A stretch of 64,000 nucleotides of DNA, taken from positions 173,042,001-173,106,000 of the forward strand of contig OX597816.1 in NCBI GenBank assembly GCA_951406725.2. Reading direction: 5' to 3'. Under the pieces are notes generated by a model, which saw only the letters and a list, made by a program, of their open reading frames with translations, made no database searches and was not told the DNA's origin. The position numbers and the translations under genes are program-made. This document shows, piece by piece, positions 28,198 through 41,718 of this stretch. Each line of letters begins with the position of its first letter. The first letter of the stretch is position 1. The stretch comes from Octopus vulgaris (Eukaryota).

Positions 28198-28601
28198 TGA
28201 ACTATTCTTCAGCAACTAGCTTCACTACGACTTTACAATCAAAGAGGACATAATATTAATTTTATTTCTTTTCCTTTTCCTTTTTTATTCAACCTTCCAC
28301 TCTTTGTATCTAACATCTAGTTTTTCCTCTTTATTTCTCTTGTACCAGCGTCCTGTTTTTTTTTATTGAATAGATAAAGTCTCAGAGCCTGAGGAACAGT
28401 CAGAGATACAAAGTGTGTTATAAAAACCGGCCTAGAGCATCTCCAATGCAAAAACTACTAGTAGCACATATCTTTATATTCTGCACTATAAATTATATAT
28501 ATATGTGTGTGTGTGTGTATGTATATATATATATATGTAGATATATGTACATGCATGCATATATATATAGATATACGTATGTATGTATATAAATATATAT
28601 A

Positions 28602-28657
<56 letters not shown>

Positions 28658-28871
28658 CGTACATATGTATATGTGTATTTTTTCAATGTGCACAAATAAC
28701 ACGGAAAGAATAAATAAATAGTTACCAGGGTAGCAAAAATTCACATAAGTACCAAGGATGTAACAACCTACTTATAAAGGTAGAAATTCCAGGGTTTAGT
28801 GAAATGTTTTTGTATAACGTATATAAATAAATAAATGGAGTTAAACGCATGTGTTATTCAAATCTTTATAC

Positions 28872-28957
28872 TTCCGACATATGTTTCGAAGAAAACATTC
28901 GTATTGTTCCAGAAGGAATAAAATGATATAAAACAATGCAATCTTCTCATCAGGGAA
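28872..28957 (-). ncRNA. Type I hammerhead ribozyme motif
   Basis: ttcc CTGATGA gaaga...tcttc GAA ACATATGT C ggaa. Confidence 0.75.
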
Positions 28958-29760
28958 AAAAGGGAAACAAAACGCATCAATAAGAGATTTTAACCGAATG
29001 TGCTTACTGCATATATGATGAAGGGAACGCTGGTAAGTTATTTATTTTAAAAAACCGTTAATAGATATAACGTCATTCGTTTCCTTAGCTGTAATTCTAA
29101 GACTAGAAACTCTGCTTATCAATGTAAAATTACTTCCAGTTCTGACGTCTTTTTTTAAATAGGTAGTTCTTCATCTCAGTTGTCCAAAAGAACACCTAAC
29201 CATTAATCTACATTTAGACATATCAATAAACGCAACAATACTGGGCTTAGTAAATTAATTTGGTCTCTAAAGGAACATAAACAATTTGATTCGGGATGGA
29301 ATATTTTATCCAGATCCTTTCCTTATGATAAAGGAGAATCTTTTTGTTCGCTCTGTAACGATGAACTGTAATTCATCCTGTCTTCTGAGAATCCTCTTGT
29401 AAACACGTTTAAAGAACGCGTTTATCGTTGCAAACATTGGCAAAAACATACCTTTAGTTCCTATAAGTAATTTCTACCAGTCTATAAAATTCAACCTTTA
29501 ACTGTCTTCTTACGTTTCATTTCTACTAGATATATCTATTTCCACGCCTTTAATCTTTATTTCTATTCACCTATCACACTATAATTTCTCCACTCTTAGT
29601 TTTCTCCTCATGTCTTCCTCCTCCTTCTCTCTCTATAAATTACCTTTGACATTATATCTATAAACGTTTTTTTTTAAATAACTTATCAGCGTTCCCTTCA
29701 TCATATATGCAATAATCACATTCGGTTAAAATGTCTTATTGATGCGTTTTGTTTCTCTTT

Positions 29761-29848
29761 TTTCCCTGATGAGAAGATTGCATTGTTTTACATCATTTTA
29801 TTCCTTCTGGAATAATACGAATGTTTTCTTCGAAACATATGTCGGAAA
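29761..29848 (+). ncRNA. Type I hammerhead ribozyme motif
   Basis: Stem I tttcc/ggaaa, core CTGATGA, stem II gaaga/tcttc, GAAA, palindromic ACATATGT stem III, GTC cleavage triplet at 29841-29843. Confidence 0.8.
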
Positions 29849-30547
29849 TATAAAGATTTAAATAACACCTGCGTTTAACTCCATTTATTTATGTGTGAGT
29901 GTGTATGTGATTTAATAAGCACAAGAATTAAATGTAAACTTACAAAATTTCATGTTCTGTAAGCGCAGTTATGTGACGAGTTTCTTTAGTGTGCTGTGTA
30001 GTATCCTGCACTTTTCAGGTACAAACAAGTATGACTGCTCTCCGAGAAAAATGGAGAAGAAACGGGAAAGAACAAGAACAAAAAGGAGAAACGAGAAAGA
30101 AATGCAAAATAAAACGATAAAGGAGTTTAAATTTGTGTCCTTTTGGCTCATTAGAATGGGAATTAACAACACTTGGAAGGGTTGATATGATGAGAAATGA
30201 TTAAAGTTTGTAAGAGCCTATACCTAGTCCAGAGTGAGCGTCGTTCACTAGTTCGATAGCAGACGCTGACATACTTACATTTTGTGAAAATTTGCGATAT
30301 CATGTTTAGTAGGTCGGTGGAGTTCTTAGATTTAAAAAGGATATTATTTCTTTCAGCTAAACAAAACCCGGAAGTACAGACACATACACATAAATGCGCG
30401 CGTACACATACATATTATATATATACACTCACACACACACGCACAGATGCAGATTTCAAATTTTATTTTAATGTTGAGTTCCAGAGATCAGTTACGAATT
30501 TTGAGCGATTTTGTTCAAGAATGAGAGCAAAATCGGGGGTTTGCTAT

Positions 30548-30893
<346 letters not shown>

Positions 30894-31290
30894 AAGGAAT
30901 TTGATTAGGGTAACAGAGTCAAAAGACCCTCACGAAACCTCAGCAACAATCCTCACATCTATGCACCAAATAGAAAAACAAAATCTTACTTTATCGTCAC
31001 ATTATAAATTGCCCCAAATAATTCAGAAACCCGTACTGTTGGAGAAGCGTAAACGCCCGACAAGACGTGGTCTGACTTGGAATATAATAATTTGAATTCG
31101 CGACTGGTGCTTTCGGGCGAATATGCTCCCTGTCAGTACATATGTATACAATTATGTGCTTTAAATACAGCATTTGAGCTGTTCAGCTCTTATTTCTAGC
31201 AATGTAGGTGTTCTAACACCCTAGTCACATTTAGTGACAATTATAGTTTTCCTTTTCGGTAAAACATTGCACAGTGCTGTCTATATTAAA

Positions 31291-31686
31291 TCTTTATATA
31301 TAAAAGTGAGGTTGTGTGCTGTCTGTCTCCTACGATTTAGATTCCTAACTACTCCCACATTTTGCGGTGCAGTTTAACCCAAACCGGGTATCTTATAGTC
31401 ATGATTCATATCGAGCCCTTCTGGGTATTAGCGTGCGTCTACGATGAGTCTACGGTTAAAAAAAAAATTACCATCAATTTTTCCCATTTTTAATGCATTT
31501 TTGGCATATATAAGGGAAGTAACTCTCTAAAAATGTATTATTAAATCTCAGAATGTAAAAAGCTACAGTACCCCCCCCCCGTTTGTGGTTAGCCATATTG
31601 AGATGGCTATTATACTTTGCATCTCTAAAAATGCTTGTATAGTTATTTCCCTTACAAACCCGAGCAACGCCGGGCGATACTGCTAG
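31291..31686 (+). mobile_element. Helitron H1
   Basis: A|TC...hairpin-CTAG|T. Confidence 0.85.
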
Positions 31687-31827
31687 TTATATATAAGATT
31701 TTAAGACGTTCATTTCACAGCCACCTGGTTTTAGGTTTGATCCCTCAGTGTGACACAGATGCGACTTCTGCTATAGCTATGATAGGTAAAAACTATCTGG
31801 GATCTCGACGCGGATATACAAATTAAA

Positions 31828-31861
<34 letters not shown>

Positions 31862-32756
31862 ACGTGCGCATAGCTGTGTGTATGTCTGTGCGTCGGAGTG
31901 AGGAGAGGGAGCGCTCGCATGCATACGTTTACTAACATTAGCGCCAGATATTGATGACTTTACGCTAGGCTTGAACTTAACTGAAATGAACAATTATCAC
32001 TCTTAAATCTGTTGCCAGTGACCTCCTGAACCATTTCTTAATGACCTTAATTGAACTGGCCCTTTGTGGCTTTAATGAAAGCAATCATCGCCAGTGCTAC
32101 GTCATTCTTAAACAACCCAAGTCCGCCTTACTCCGCTTCACACGCCCCTTCATTCAGAAGCCCTTGTCTGGGGAGAATGAGAGAGACAGAGAAAAAAATG
32201 TCCATTTTAATCCCAACAGACCGCTAATCACGGCTTCTATCAACCTGATGGCTTTTTGGCTCTTACCCAGAATGCATCTTTCTTCCGGTAAAATTTAGTC
32301 CCATGCAGCAACAGATTAGAACTCATCATAGTCTCCAAGGAGAAAACACTCGTGAAATTATCTGTGTATATTCGTTTGTAGGCATCTATGTGTGTGTGTG
32401 TGTACATCGGCATGTATGTGTCTGTGAGCAGGGGTGCGTGTGTATTGTACGCGTGCGTGTGCGTGCGTATGTATGCGTTTTGTACAGTCTTGATTTTATT
32501 ATTGCACTACAAATGTTTTAGGGCAATTCAAACACATTGACGTATACATAAGACTAGAACTAGCACAACCCCTCTTGTGCATATAGGCATATAAGGTACA
32601 TATAAGCACACACATGCACACACACACACACTGAAAGCCAAACCCACAGATGTATGTTTACGGAACAGCACACATGTTGACAGCCAATTAGAAAGGCAGA
32701 TTGATAAACAGATAAACAGTCAAATAGAAAAATATGTATGTGCGTACTTTCGTGTA

Positions 32757-32794
<38 letters not shown>

Positions 32795-32865
32795 GGAGTA
32801 AACACATAAATGTGAAACAAGGTGGAAAAAAGAGTACTCAAATACCAGTGGTAGAGTAATATGCT

Positions 32866-32972
32866 TTATTTAAAGCAGCAGAAAATTCAACAAAACCTAT
32901 TACTCTGAGTTTCACGTTGCCGTGAACGTGAAACTCAGAGTAACAGGTTTTGTTGAATTTTCTGCTGCTTTA

Positions 32973-32977
<5 letters not shown>
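32866..32977. repeat. Fold-back palindrome (PLE pseudo-LTR-like remnant)
   Basis: About 53 bp near-perfect inverted arms inside (TA)n; each arm carries GAAACTCAGAGTA. Confidence 0.8.
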
Positions 32978-33012
<35 letters not shown>

Positions 33013-33084
33013 AATGTGGATGAACAAAAGTTCACATTGTGGTTCCTATTTGCATTTCTCCTCTATGATTGTTTGGGGCCCCTG

Positions 33085-33310
33085 CAATTCATTTTCCTGG
33101 CGCATTTAAATGTCCAACCACAATGGATAGCCAAGGAGCACTTTCTGACATTAAACTACAGATAACAAAGTCCAAAGCTGGATTCATCCAAACTGGATCA
33201 CTTCTTGATTTGATTTCATTATTAAGACTCATACGACTTGATGCCAGTACAAACAAGATGGCCCAGATTCCACTTATGGGGATAATCAAACGATTTGAAG
33301 TAGCTTGCTA
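33085..33310 (+). pseudogene. Probable RTE LINE RT remnant
   Basis: FKCPTTMDSQGALSDIKLQITKSKAGF resembles FKYLGS...DI..RI.KA..AF. Confidence 0.45.
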
Positions 33311-33381
33311 CATTTGACTCGAATCGAAATTCTGGCTCCGTGCACCGCTTCTTAGCGTAACACGATATATACGTAATATAA

Positions 33382-33442
<61 letters not shown>

Positions 33443-33616
33443 TGTCTATAAGCATATATATTTACGAACATATATATACACATACACTTGCATATACATA
33501 CATTACATACATGCGTATATATATATATATATACATATATTATTAAGGTCTATTATATATATAATATTATTATATTATATATATATTATTAAGGTCTATT
33601 ATATATATAATATTAT

Positions 33617-33647
<31 letters not shown>

Positions 33648-33834
33648 AATATGAAATACATAGACAAACGAGTTAAATACATACATGTATGTACATATGA
33701 TATTTCTTGACTATTCTTTCATATGTTTCCAGTGTGTATCTGCCATCAGGATATTTATGTAGTGTTTAGTGTTCAAAGTTTAATCTTAAACTATTTAAAG
33801 TTTCAACTGAAAACATGCATTAATTTTTTTATGC

Positions 33835-33900
33835 TTATTTTACTGAGAACGTAATGGCAGACGAAAATACTGCTAAGCATTTCGCCCGACGTGCTTACGA
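33835..33900 (-). mobile_element. SINE S3 head fragment
   Basis: gaacgtaatggcagacgaaaatactgctaagcattt matches the S3 head; abuts (AAT)n at 33901-34055. Confidence 0.6.
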
Positions 33901-34056
<156 letters not shown>

Positions 34057-34755
34057 TTAAGTAACCAGAAGAGATCTTTAATACCAAATAAAGATTTGCT
34101 ATTAATCTTTATTCTGTACAACGGTCGCTTCGACCCATCCTCTTACAGTCTCTTCATGTTGTGCTGTAGCTATTCTGTTATCTGGGTCTCATCAGGTACA
34201 TCCATACATGAAGTAGTGCCTCGCTAAAGATCCTGAGTTTTGACTATCATGTTGTTATATGCCCGTCTGGTTACGTAATGAAACTTTGCTCCAATTTTCA
34301 GTTCCTGTTAACTTTCTATAAGAATTGCAAACATCTGTAAATATAGACAAATAACTGTTGATAAAAAAAAATTGTAGGGAAGTGAATGAATGGATAGGAA
34401 TGGGTTGAGTTACATTGGGTTTAAGATAAAAGAATGGTACTAGGAAAAAGAACAGAAAGATATATGCAGGCTAGAATGTCTACGGGGCGAAAGGTTGTTT
34501 AGCTAGCTAGCTTAGGTCGGGAGCATATACATATTTTCCACACACACATGCTCGTAGTACACTTACACATACATATTCACATATACATATACCTACAAAC
34601 ATATATTTTTATATACACACGCGTGTGCCCAATCACACGCAAACTCACTCAAACAGGTGTACGGATATACCCATACATATATATATATATATACACACAC
34701 ATATACATACATACATACATACATACATACATACATACATACATACATACATACA

Positions 34756-34789
<34 letters not shown>

Positions 34790-35167
34790 CATACATACAT
34801 ACATACATACAAATAATATACACACGCATATATATATCAGCATATACATATATGTATATTCACACACACACATGCATGTGCGACCCACATATGTGCACAT
34901 AAATGTGCGTACGCATACACCTGCACATATACTGTCCCCCTCCGCCCCACACAGACACACATGTATACGTATTTCTACTCATCTGGTTACTTAAGAAATT
35001 ATTATTATTATCTCAACAAAAGGCGCGGAGTTCCTGAAGTAGATCCAATGGTAATAAACCCTGACTGTGGATGACACCAGGTGGCCCAAACTGTGCCAGT
35101 GCCCTACTAAACACTTCAACACACTAATCGACATATACACATTAGACCATAATATTAAATATATATA

Positions 35168-36500
35168 CAGGATGAGACAGGGAGGATGGACGTTTTTGAA
35201 AAGTTCACAAAATCATTAATTTTAGCAACAAACAAATTTTATTGACATCAATATGTTCGTATTGATTTAGCATTTATCAAAATCAAGTGTGGAAAACAAC
35301 ATCCATCATGTGGTGTCCGTTCTCATTGATGCATTTCTCAAGGTGTTCTTGGAAGTTGGCCTCCACTCTCTCCAGCATTGCTCTGTCGATTTGGGCGACT
35401 TCCACGTGAACAGCTTCCTTCAAATCGTCCAATGTACGGAGCTTATGCGCATACACACGTGCCTTGAGGTTTTTCCCCACAAGAAATAATCACACATAAA
35501 CAAATCAGGGGACCAAGGGCCCAGGGAATGTCAGAAAACCTGGAAATGAGGCAGTTATCGAAGAGCGGGTGATGGACGTCCATTGATGCTCTGGCTGTGT
35601 GGGCCGTTGCCCCTTCCTGCTGAAACCACACACGTCGAATAGGCATACCTTTTCGTTGTAATTCAGGCACAAAGATGTTATCATCTCGATGTAACGCTCG
35701 TCGTTCACAGTAACAGCATTTCCATTATTGTCTCCAAAAATTAAGGACCAATGACGGCAGCTTTTCCAACAGCACACCAGACCGTCACTTTTGGGCTGTG
35801 CAGTGGTCTTTCATGCAGTTCTCTCGGATTTTCACGAACCCAATTACGACAGTTCTGTCGATTCATCACGCCACTGAGATGAAAATAAGCTTCATCACTC
35901 AAAAAAATGAGGTTGTCATTTGCCTCAAAGATTGCTTCCATCTGACGTGCGAAGTGAAGCCGCTGTGCATCATCTTATAGTTTTAACTGTCACCCAATGA
36001 CCAAATTATACGGGTGGAAATGCAGGCCTTCATGCAAAATACGCCTTACCGCTCGATTACCGATGCCAGGTTCAGTGGAATGTCTCTGAGCAGCGCGAAA
36101 CGGACTTCGTATCAAGGCTTGTGTGACGCGTTCCACATTTTCCGGGGTCCGTACCGTTCGTGGCGCCCCCACTAGTCTCCTGTTCATTAGTGTACATGGT
36201 GTACGAAGTGCATTCACCCAACGTAAGATTGAGTTACTGGTAGGAACAGCCTGATTTTGGTGGATGCTGAGGTGGCGCTGAAACTCACGCTGAACTGTTG
36301 TGACAGACTCGTTATTCTTCACGTAACTGTCGTAGGCAAACACGCGATGCTCTATCGTCCACAGCACCATGGCTTCACTTGAAAAGAAAAGAAAATGCTA
36401 AGACAGTAAGGACCGAATGGTACTTGTCGGGCATATGTCCCTCCCACTGGGGCTGAATAATAGCCATTTCAAAAATGTCCGTCCTCTCTGCCCCACTCTG
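35168..36500 (-). mobile_element. Full-length DD41D (rosa-type) Tc1/mariner transposon
   Basis: Imperfect TIRs CAGGATGAGACAGGGAGGATGGACGTTTTTGAAA / TTTCAAAAATGTCCGTCCTCTCTGCCCCACTCTG with TA on both sides. Confidence 0.92.
35283..36370 (-). pseudogene. DD41D transposase pseudogene
   Basis: N-terminal HTH (EHRVF...QREF), SDEAYFHLSG..NRQN, PLHSPKVTVWC, WFQQEGATAH (second D reads E), about 41 residues to the third D; several frameshifts. Confidence 0.88.
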
Positions 36501-36513
36501 TATATATACATGC

Positions 36514-36694
36514 ACGAAGGGTATCGCGAAAGGTTTGATTGGTGGCCCAACCTTCCGAGTTCTTTAACAGGGTTTAGAAAAACTGAAGAACCGCTACAAT
36601 AAGTGTTTGAATCTGAGAGGGAGATATGTTGAATAAAATCATAATTAACTGATCCTCCTGTATAGCGAAAGCCACGGACTTTTCAGCACCCTCG
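36514..36694 (+). mobile_element. Internally deleted mariner remnant
   Basis: Encodes GLEKLKNRYNKCLNLRGRYVE*, a mariner C-terminus; ends ACTTTTCAGCACCCTCG. Confidence 0.65.
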
Positions 36695-36744
36695 CGTATG
36701 TATGAACAAATTATGACAACATAAACGTATTTATGTATTTACAA

Positions 36745-36793
<49 letters not shown>

Positions 36794-36795
<2 letters not shown>

Positions 36796-36922
36796 CTTAT
36801 AAATAAGGGCAAACGAAAAAACACCTTGTCCATAGCCATATAATTATATGGTTATGGACAAGGTGTCTAATTTCGGCATATTTATCATTAGAAATTTTTT
36901 CGTTTGCCCTTATTTATAAGTT
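36794..36922. repeat. Fold-back palindrome within (TA)n
   Basis: aacttataaataagggcaaacgaaaaa...tttttcgtttgcccttatttataagtt with inner hairpin acaccttgtccatagccatat/atatggttatggacaaggtgt. Confidence 0.8.
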
Positions 36923-37119
36923 GTTTATAATTTTAACCTTTAAAGGTATTTTTTAATATGCTGGCCATTGATAAAATTATTTTTTCGAAAAAAATGTTAT
37001 CCTACATTAAATATATATATATATGCTGATTAAATCCATGAAAATATACGAAATTTTGGAAAAATCAAGTATTACAGAAATGGATTTGAGTGATTCTGTG
37101 TAAGTATGTATGTCATTGT

Positions 37120-37608
37120 TCAGTTTTATTTCAAGATGTCTTGCCAATAGAGAAAGAGCCGGTTTCTAACCTAGATTCAAGGCTCCTTCACTGGAGTTTC
37201 AACATTAACAACAGTGTTTTTTTGTTTGTTTGTATGTATGTATGTATGTATGTATGTATATGTACAGATTAGTTTGTTTTGCTTCATGTTATGTATTCTC
37301 ATGCATATAGTTGCATATCTAGACATGTTCATATATATTTAAATGCTACACCTCGGGAAAGGTTTACAGATTATTACATTTCCAGTGATGGGTTGGATCT
37401 GTAGTCTTCGAATTAGCTTTCTCCTTTCTGGTTTTGAGAGGCCTAATTTCTCAAGATTGGTTTTTAGGCAGTGTGTTACATATCCTAGGGCCCTAATAAT
37501 TACAGGTATAAACTTGAACTTGTAATCTGGATAGAGTAAGTGCAGATCTCTCAATAGTTCAGCGTATTTTCTTTTTCACTGATCTTTCAGCTTTATGTTA
37601 ACATCCGC
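37120..37608 (-). pseudogene. R4/Dong-type element 3' end (restriction-like endonuclease and 3' UTR)
   Basis: KYAELLRDLHLLYPDYKFKFIPVIIRALGYV matches the RLE C-terminal K..KY..L...PI.IGALG pattern. Confidence 0.75.
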
Positions 37609-38300
37609 TGAACAGCTAGATTCCGCAACTGTGCACAGTATGTATGTATGTATGTATGTATGTATGTATGTATGTATGTATGTATGTATGTATGCATGTA
37701 TGCACGTATGTACGTATGTACGTATGTATGTATGTATGTATGTATGTATGTACGTACTACGTACGTACGTATGTATGTACATATGTATGTATGTGCAAGT
37801 GTGCGTGTGTGTGAAAATATTTATACACAAATTGAAATGAAAAAGAAAATATAATTTCAAAATAAATATGTCATTTTAACAAATTATCGAAACGATCCAG
37901 TAAAAATAATAAATAACGGTAAGGTAGTGGGGGCGTTGAAGGGAAGCAACGGTACTCTCGTGAGAGCTATGCGAGAGAAGCTATCACGTTATACACAAGC
38001 ATATTGTTGTTATGATATAGGTGGTAAATAGAAAACGTAACAATTAAGGCTTGCTTCAGAACGAATGTAGAAGCATTTCTCTTGTGTATGGTTGCGGAGC
38101 GTGTTGAAAATGGATTAAATGTTGAATTTAAAAGTGTGAAGAGGAAGAGTGTGTCTGACAGTTCGAGGCGGGGAAGGGAATAAAAAATATATCAAAAATA
38201 CAGGATTCTCCTCATATCTTCCTTTCTATTTGCTTCGTTGTCTGTTTATTTAACTTTGAATTTTTCTATACATTTATGTATATACCTCTACATATTCATC

Positions 38301-38680
38301 ACCAACCACATGGTTCCGGGTTCAGTCCCACTGCGTGGCATCTTGGGCAAGTGTCTTCTACTATAGCCTCGGGCCGACCAATGCCTTGTGAGTGGATTTG
38401 GTAGACGGAAACTGAAAGAAGCCCGTCGTATATATGTATATATATATGTGTGTGCGTGTATGTTTGTATGTCTGTGTTTGTCCCCCCAACATCGCTTGAC
38501 AACCGATGCTGGTTTGTTTATGTCCCCGTCACTTAGCGGTTCGGCAAAAGAGACCGATAGAATAAGTACTGGGCTTACAAAGAATAAGTCCCGGGGTCGA
38601 GTTGCTCGATTAAAGGCGGTGCTCCAGCATGGCCGCAGTCAAATGACTGAAACAAGTAAAAGAGTAAAAGAGTAAAGAGA
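38301..38680 (+). mobile_element. SINE S1, 5'-truncated
   Basis: Match to 55698-56120. Confidence 0.9.
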
Positions 38681-38719
38681 ATATATGCATACAGAGTGCA
38701 GAATGCTAAGAAGAAGCGT

Positions 38720-39088
38720 TGTACCTTACCCTGAGAGGAAGTTGCTTTCCTTCGGGGGTTGACCAGGATCCCTTTTGTTTCTCACTCCTGCATCTAACAC
38801 ATCTATGCCTCTACGGATGCTGCAGTGCACAGGAGAAGCCACATACTGATTCCTGCTTTATACTGACCTGCTAAACTACGTGAGTGAACCTGAGGGTTGG
38901 GATGCTGCAGAGTGTCCAAGATAGTATAGATTCAACAGCAAGGACGTCATCCGAGACATATCTGAAATCCGTAAGAGGAGTTTTAGAATAGACACAAGGA
39001 ATCTCAGGACTTTGAATAAACAAGGGAAGCTCGTCAACTTAATCCAGGAAGCTGATACCCTTAATACAGATATTATCGGTATATCTAT
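38720..39088 (+). pseudogene. RTE LINE 5' fragment (APE N-terminus)
   Basis: [33 protein letters not shown] resembles IGTWNVRTL..GKL...DI.GISE. Confidence 0.7.
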
Positions 39089-39095
39089 ATCTATA

Positions 39096-39161
<66 letters not shown>

Positions 39162-39403
39162 GTATGTATGTATTTATGTATGTATGTATGTATGTATGTA
39201 TGTATGTATGTATGTATGTATGTATGTATGTATGTATATATGTATGTATACCAAATATATACGTTTTATTTACTTTTTTGTACATTACTTAATCATTGTT
39301 ATATTTTTTATCTTATATTTAAACTTTCTATAATATGTAATTTTTCTAAATGGTATAATTTAATTTTTCATTATTGGATTGATAAAAGGTGGGTTTTTTC
39401 CTA

Positions 39404-39503
<100 letters not shown>

Positions 39504-39506
39504 AAG

Positions 39507-39559
39507 GAGCTTCTACAGGACTAGAACTGTTTCATTCAAAAGAAATCATCAGGAAGCCC
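39507..39559 (-). ncRNA. Type I hammerhead ribozyme motif within fold-back palindrome 39499-39606
   Basis: gggcttc CTGATGA tttcttttgaat GAA ACAG ttctagtc CTGT A gaagctc. Confidence 0.7.
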
Positions 39560-39679
39560 TTTCTTTTGAATGAAACAGTTCTAGTCGTGTAGAAGCTCCT
39601 TCTATAAAATAAATTAATTTACTCTGCTATGTATTGAGTACCTTATTTACTGTGGTTAACCCCGATTCAACCCGGGACC

Positions 39680-39743
<64 letters not shown>

Positions 39744-40414
39744 ATATAAATATAGCACCACATATGCATATTAACCCATACAATATACATGTGTATATGT
39801 ATATATGTATGCATGTGTGTATATGTGTGTGTTTATGTGCATGTATGTATGAATGTATGTATGTATGTGTGTGTATGTATGTATGTATGTATGCTTGTTT
39901 ATATGTATACACGTATATTTGTATGTTTTATATGTGTGAATGTTTGTGTGTATGTATGTATGTATGTATAAGTTGCTAATCCTTTTAAGTAGTAGTATGG
40001 AGGAAGTAAATAAAGTCGAAAATGCACACAGTGTGTATAAGATGATTTATTTATATTAATACAATACACGGCCCCAAAACTACAAAAACATGCAATATTG
40101 TCCATCAAAACATTCCATTCTCAAGACAAGACCCAAAAAGGGAAAATATTCTCAAAATACGTTCAAATGATCAAAAACGAAAGAAGGCCAAAACACCCCA
40201 AACTTTACTTAGCACCAAATTACCCACTGAAACATTAACTGCGGGGATACGAAAAAAACTGCAGGACCTGAATCAGCTTCGTATAGGACATATCTAATAA
40301 ATTATATAAGGTGGTAACGTCCAGGTTTTCTCGGTACTCTCACACGATATAGTCAATAATGTAACACAACCTTAACTTTTAGGACCCTAACACGCTAGTA
40401 CTACGCAGAGCTAA

Positions 40415-40811
40415 TCTTTATATATAAATCTAAAGTTGTGTGTCTCTCTCCTACGATTTAGATTCCTAACTACTCCCACATTTTGCGGTGCAGTTTAACC
40501 AAAACCGGGTATCTTATAGTCGTGATTCATATCGAGCCCTTCTGGGTATTAGCGCGCGTCTACGATGAGTCTACGATTTTAAAAATAATTTACCATCATT
40601 TTTTTCCATTTTAATGCATTTTTTCGCTATTATATAAGGGAAGTAACTCTCTAAAAATGTCTACGATGAGTCAACGATTTAAATTAAAATTTACCATCAT
40701 GTTTTTCCATTTTTAATACATTTGTTTGCTATTTTTTGGCTATAACTCTCTAAAAATGCTTATATAATTATTTCCCTTACAAACCCGAGCAACGCCGGGC
40801 GATACTGCTAG
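40415..40811 (+). mobile_element. Helitron H1 variant with internal tandem duplication
   Basis: A|TC...hairpin-CTAG|T; repeated tctacgatgagtc...taactctctaaaaatg block. Confidence 0.85.
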
Positions 40812-41096
40812 TCGAATTCTAAAACTGATCTCATGACTATCATCAATCAATCAAGCTGTATCTTAACTGATAAGAAATTTAGCCATAATCACTTCATAAA
40901 TAAGATCAAATTTTCAAACTCCGATCAAAATCGAGAAAAATAACGATTAATTCCAGATCACTCTGTCCCGCAGTATTTTTGTGGTGTCTATCTCGCAATA
41001 CTTTTGAAAATTAAGAAATCATGAAACCAATTGACTTCAAGTGCATTTTTACTCCCTCTCTGTCCCCCTCTACCTCTCTGTCTCCCTCTCTCTCTG

Positions 41097-41133
<37 letters not shown>

Positions 41134-41279
41134 CTCTCTTTCTTCCTCCTCTTCTCTCTGTGTGTGTTAGCGCGCGCGCACGTGTATGAAGATAAGACAA
41201 GTACTTTTAAAGATATGAAAAACAAAGAACATTGACTGAATAAAGGATTCAGTCAATGCGTTTTGTTTTTTATATATAA

Positions 41280-41676
41280 CTAGCAGTATCGCCCGGCGTT
41301 GCTCGGGTTTGTAAGGGAAATAACTATATAAGCATTTTTAGAGAGTTATAGCCAAAAATAGCAAAAAAAAAATGCATTAAAAATGGGAAAAAAATTATGG
41401 TAATTTTTTTAAAATCGTTGACTCATCGTCGACATTTTTAGAGAGTTACTTCCCTTATATAATAGCGAAAAAATGCATTAAAATGGAAAAAAATGATGGT
41501 GAATTTTTTTTAAATCGTAGACGCATCGTAGACGCGCGCTAATACCCAGAAGGGCTTGATATGAATCACGACTATAAGATACCCGGTTTTGGTTAAACTG
41601 CACCGCAAAATGTGGGAGTAGTTAGGAATCTAAATCGGAGTAGACAGACACACAACCTTACTTTTATATATAAAGA
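41280..41676 (-). mobile_element. Helitron H1 variant
   Basis: Reverse copy of the 40415-40811 type with intact termini. Confidence 0.85.
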
Positions 41677-41718
41677 TAAGTGTACTCTGTACTATGATAA
41701 ATATACTCTGAATATGCT

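Larger units (their letters stand above)
28720..29892 (+). mobile_element. 5'-truncated Penelope-like element with inverted pseudo-LTR
   Basis: Inverted arms at about 28828-29075 and 29648-29892; GIY-YIG remnant 29075-29465 (IG...NH...TGLSKLIWSLK...WNILSRSFPY...CSLC...CKH); hammerhead in each arm. Confidence 0.85.

Noticed and set aside
28385-28440. CTGAGGA downstream of the PLE endonuclease remnant
   Set aside because: No convincing GAAA or stems, though the position fits a decayed pLTR hammerhead
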